From assembly GCA_965233585.1 (NCBI GenBank), contig CBDDTI010000087.1, forward strand, positions 1 to 12,559: a stretch of 12,559 nucleotides of DNA. The letters run 5' to 3'. How positions within the stretch are numbered: position 1 is the first letter of the stretch; each line of letters starts with the position of its first letter. The position numbers and the translations under genes were made by a program. Of the stretch, positions 9,271 through 12,559 are shown in pieces. The notes below the pieces were generated by a model. That model saw nothing but the letters and a program-made list of their open reading frames with translations, was not told the origin of the DNA and made no database searches. Origin of the DNA: a bacterium (GTDB taxonomy: Bacteria; SAR324; NAC60-12).

Positions 9271-9310
9271 TTGACTTAATATGACTTTGCTGTAACGTCA
9301 GAAAGTCGTC
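9271..9310 (+). ncRNA. Degenerate hammerhead-ribozyme-like motif in the Penelope 3' region (probably inactive)
   Basis: TTGAC-TTAATAT-GACTTT-GCTGT-AACGTC-AGAAA-GTCGTC. The stem II arms pair 5/6, followed by GAAA and a GTC triplet. It lies ~70 bp after the EN stop codon, where Penelope hammerheads are known to sit. The CUGANGA core is mutated. Confidence 0.35.
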
Positions 9311-9407
9311 AATTTTAATTCAACTTTTTAGCCGTTTTAAATCTTAGAATGTTTTCAAGAAATTTTCTTTTGCAATTTTTTTTATCGTCAAATCACTTCT
9401 CCTCGGC

Positions 9408-9495
<88 letters not shown>

Positions 9496-9678
9496 ATAAA
9501 AATCATTCGCTGTTTGTATCTAACAACATTTATCTCTGCAAGTGCCAAAAAGCTGATGAGAAAAAAAAAAAGTAAAGAGGACGAGCAAACTTTGGAAGAA
9601 TTAAATTCGGCTCGCCATCGTTTGCAAGCAAGATGTCAGTTAGTACAAACCAGTTACACTAAACGAATTTTAATTAAA

Positions 9679-9827
9679 AGGCTGGTTTCAAAAGAACGGA
9701 AACGTCACTTGACGACGGCGCGCGCTCAACAAATACCCAAATATGGCCAAATTAGAACGGAATCAAGGCTATTTCGTACGCCCTCCAGTCGTCATCTGAC
9801 GTTCCCGTCCTGTTGCTAAATCAATGT
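9679..9827 (-). mobile_element. Harbinger-like MITE; more decayed inverted copy of 10010-10160
   Basis: Reverse complement of 10010-10160 along its length. For example, ATCTGACGTTCCCGTCCTGTTGCTAAATCA (~9794-9823) pairs with TGATTTAGCAACAGGACGGGAACGTCAGAT (~10014-10043). Confidence 0.85.
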
Positions 9828-9834
9828 TTATTTT

Positions 9835-10175
9835 TACAATAACTGCAGAAATTCTCTTGCGCTCATCGGCTAATTTTTGTTGTCAATATGCGGACAGACA
9901 CATGAATTTATAATTTATGGGATACGTCAACAAGTAAGAGCGGACAATTTGTTATCGTGAAAAACAAATTAACATCAGCTTTTCATGCGTCTGTCCTGTT
10001 ATTGACAATAGACTGATTTAGCAACAGGACGGGAACGTCAGATAACGACTGTAGGGTGCGCGGAATAGCCTGGATTCTGTTCTAATTTGACCATATTTGG
10101 GCATTCGTTCTGCGCGCGCCGTCGTTAAATGACAATCCCGTTCTCTTGCTAAATCAGCCTAATGATTCGTCATAC
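9835..10175. mobile_element. Fragment of a palindromic non-autonomous element that hosts the 10010-10160 MITE
   Basis: Internal inverted repeat TTGTCAATATGCGGACAGACACATGAA (9880-9906) and TTCATGCGTCTGTCCTGTTATTGACAA (9982-10008). The empty site reads TTGACAAT-GATTCGTCATA. Boundaries are approximate. Confidence 0.55.
10010..10160 (+). mobile_element. Harbinger-like MITE (151 bp) with ~25-bp TIRs and a 3-bp AAT TSD
   Basis: AAT (10007-10009) | AGACTGATTTAGCAACAGGACGGGA ... TCCCGTTCTCTTGCTAAATCAGCCT | AAT (10161-10163). Confidence 0.88.
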
Positions 10176-10349
10176 TCATGCATGTTAATGCATGGCTCAC
10201 AGCCTAATTTGCATAAAATCTTAAAACAGCCATAATTTTTCAGTGATTCAACAAAACGGCTTCAAACTTGGTCACAGTATGGAAAACCACACCGTGTTTG
10301 GAAATGATTTTAAAGAAAGCAAGAAAAACACATGACGATAAGCAACTTT

Positions 10350-10746
10350 ATTTAATCACTCTCCGAATAAAGAATGAATATTTATACAGGGGGTTACTCT
10401 AGTCTATATATACAGGGATTACTCCTGCTTATTTCACACCAAATTTAAGAGTGGTTAGCTTATGATCTTTTGTCTAGAGTGAGTTGAAAACAATCACTAA
10501 ACTTCAGGATATAAAGGCGAAAAACAATTTTATAGCATTCTATAAGAGAAATGAAATGTCTCCACTTCTCTAATACTCTAAGGTTAGCCAGTGCGATATT
10601 TTGATACGGTCCTCATACTCCATTTCCCGATCATTTTTGTCCAAGTGCAAGGCGACATGCCCTCCTCCACATGGACCTTTTCGAGCGCTAGTATGTCTTT
10701 TACAAGATACGGACCACAACTCTGGTGCTGCGAAATCAAGGATAGG
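10350..10746 (-). pseudogene. Decayed CR1/L2-group LINE ORF2 C-terminal region (downstream of RT)
   Basis: Piecewise minus-strand translation gives PILDFAAP/PYLVKDILALEKVH/RRACRLALGQK/REMEYEDRIKISHWLTLE/FISLIECYKIVFRLYILKFSDCFQLTLDKRS*ANHS/…YSFFIR. This matches the known pattern 'RP.LEYA..VW.P......LE.VQRRA.R…Y..RL..L.W.TL..RR…SFF.R'. Multiple frameshifts and stops are present. Confidence 0.85.
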
Positions 10747-10747
10747 T

Positions 10748-10790
10748 GAAGGTCTAGATGGGGTTAACGTACAACTGAAAAATCACCACA
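10748..10790 (+). mobile_element. Short left-end fragment of the GAGGGTCT-terminus family
   Basis: GAAGGTCTAGATGGGGTTAAC (10748-10768) matches the reverse complement of 3547-3567 at 18/21, followed by ACAACTGA. It abuts the truncation point of the LINE remnant. Confidence 0.55.
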
Positions 10791-10844
10791 GAGTGGAGAA
10801 GAAACATCCGCGAATAAATTAGTTGAATATTTGGCAAAGGCACT

Positions 10845-10940
10845 GGAGGTAAAAAAAATTCGTGCAAGCTGAAAAAGTCCCACCATCTCCCCCCCCCCCC
10901 CCCCTCCCCCACCCATCACCTTTCTGATTTGCCTTCCCTG
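10845..10940. mobile_element. Probable MITE end with a poly-C tract
   Basis: AAAAAAAATTCGTGCAAGCTGAAAAAGTCCC..(C)n..CCATCACCTTTCTGATTTGCCTTCCCT resembles recalled cnidarian Harbinger MITE right ends. No partner TIR is seen. Confidence 0.35.
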
Positions 10941-11054
10941 AGATACGCACTGTCAGCTAAAGGGTGGTTGACAGCTCGTCGCATGGGAAATATTTAACCT
11001 TAGTTCCGTTAAACCTTTTTACAAATTGATCAATGCGAAATCTGGCTGATTATA

Positions 11055-11147
11055 TATAGTCCAACCTCCGGTTGTGACCGCCCCCAAAATATCAAAAGTT
11101 TTCATGTCAAATCACTGTATCTGGAACCTTTTGTAAACGCCACCTCT
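11055..11147 (+). mobile_element. Probable Tc1/pogo-like MITE fragment
   Basis: TA|TAGTCCAACCTCCG resembles a CAGTCGAACCTC-type terminus, with an internal GGAACCT..TGTAAACGCCACCTCT repeat. Recognition is from memory and only one end is present. Confidence 0.35.
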
Positions 11148-11327
11148 GAAGTAAACTTGAGGTAAGCTTGAGGACTTACGAGCGAGAGCACAGAACAAGT
11201 GCTGTGCGCAACACTTCCCACATCCGTTCGCGAGCGTTTAATCTGCCACGCTTTTTATTTTAACCGTGTCCTCGTGGATCTATTCCTTATGTAGCCTGTA
11301 ACCAGACGTGTTAATCAAGCTAATAAA

Positions 11328-11455
11328 ATTCTAACATGGCTCCGAGGCTTTCAGGTCAAACTTCTATATTTGGTGTTGTTTCCTTTGCATCTAAGTCTCC
11401 TTTGGAAATTGAGAGACAAAAGAAACTTGAATATTGATATATCGAACATGGGCTA
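11328..11455 (-). mobile_element. Second, deleted copy of the 1239-1432 MITE (opposite orientation)
   Basis: ATTCTAACATGGCTCCGAGGCTTTCAGGTCAAACTTCTATATTTGGTG...GAGAGACAAAAGAAACTT is the reverse complement of ~1306-1407. It then jumps directly to GAATATTGATATATCGAAC (~45 bp missing). Confidence 0.9.
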
Positions 11456-11801
11456 CTATAAGAGAGCTTTTAAGGGTAGGTTTACTTGATTTTCAATGAC
11501 AGCCAGGCATGACAATCGCTTGAAGTTATCTAGACAATTATAAGTGTCAGTAAATTTACTCTTTGAGAACTGACACTTACTAGAGATAAAACGATTGAGC
11601 ATGCGTACGCAAAACGAGAATATTGGGTTCTCCATCAACATTTCTCACGACGATCAATGGTAATGTGGACCTAAAGGCCGGGTCGCTAAGCTAATTTCAA
11701 ACGGTCGGCGGTCAGGCTAGTCTTCGATGAAGAGTAAGCCATAATACAAAGTAAACAGCCCCACTCCCTCCTCCCAAAACCCAAACGGGAGTGTTCCATC
11801 C

Positions 11802-12195
11802 ACCGCCTGGTTAGCTGAGTTGGTATAGCGCCGGACTACCGTGCGGAAGGTCGACGATTCGAGCCCCAGACCGGACCAACACTCAGGGTCTTGAAATAAC
11901 TGAGCAGAACGTGCTGCCTTTGTAATTATATCTGCAAATGGCTACACATTCAAGTCTTCTCTGATAAGGACTGTAAACCGAAGGCTCCGTCTCCTAAATC
12001 TTCGATGTTATGGTTAGTAGGAGGCGTAAAAGAACCCACACGCTTATCGTAAAGAGTAGGGCATGAAGTTCTTGGTGTTGTGGTCTGGCCTTTGTTCTTA
12101 TATTGAGGGCTAGGGTGGGAAATGCTCGGAGATATTAGCTACGATAAAGCTACTCTACAATCCGAGGGTAAATAAAGTATTCACTCACTTCACTC
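11802..12195 (+). mobile_element. Near full-length tRNA-derived SINE with a Deu/Nin-like central domain
   Basis: A box TAGCTGAGTTGGT (11812-11824) and B-box-like GATTCGAGCCC (11856-11866). The central GATAAGGACTGTAAACCGAAGG...GTAAAAGAACCC...TCGTAAAGAGTAGGG resembles the Deu/Nin domain of AmnSINE-type SINEs. The tail is AATAAA plus a (TCAC)n-like run at ~12171-12195. Confidence 0.85.
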
Positions 12196-12559
12196 GCTCC
12201 ACATCCTTAACTATTTGCATTGCAAGCGCAAATCGAAGAAAAATTTGTCGCTGCTTTTTTTTCCGGCACAAAAGACATTTGCCAAGGAATTACCGATGAA
12301 TTTAATGAAGATCTGTATGTCTGGATTTTTGAAAATGGTGTTAAAGAACTGGAGCCCTAACCTTGATTTCACTGAACTTTAAGGCCTTCTTTAGGCTCTG
12401 TAAAAAGCAAAAAGAAGAGAATGGAGGGTAATGAAAGGAAGATAAAGGGGTAGAGGAAGGAAAAAAGCACTGGCTTTCCTTTTAATTTTTATATCGTCGA
12501 CTTTGGCGAGAAAAAAAACACCCGCTAAGAGCGCGAGTTGATTTGAATTTTGATTTCAC

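Noticed and set aside
10601..10822. 73-aa plus-strand ORF
   Set aside because: It is the antisense shadow of the LINE fossil on the minus strand.
11292..11719. TAGCCTG...CAGGCTA termini (Academ-like element)
   Set aside because: Only 7 bp match and there is no TSD, which is compatible with chance.
11802..11875. Functional tRNA gene
   Set aside because: There is no closing acceptor stem or poly-T terminator, and it continues straight into a SINE body.

Overview
This 12.6 kb AT-rich window is eukaryotic, repeat-dense, intergenic or intronic DNA. The repeat families resemble, from recall only, those of stony corals or other cnidarians; that taxonomic call is an inference. No supplied ORF looks like a real gene. 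The window is a stack of nested non-autonomous transposons. It holds a Helentron/Helitron-like element (~395-3297) with a ~430-bp internal fold-back, a MITE, and a 1.8-kb element with 15-bp TIRs and a 6-bp TSD inserted into its 3' hairpin. The 1.8-kb element contains a candidate two-exon cargo ORF. Further along are two TTAA-duplicating Kolobok-like MITEs, several Harbinger-like MITEs, two tRNA-derived SINEs, a decayed Penelope GIY-YIG 3' end with a degenerate hammerhead-like motif, a decayed CR1/L2-type LINE ORF2 3' end, a template-switch-type inverted duplication, a higher-order minisatellite and an (ATT)n microsatellite. I cannot support a truly new biological system. The most novel-looking items are the nested Helentron/6-bp-TSD element with its possible cargo gene and the local inversion structures.
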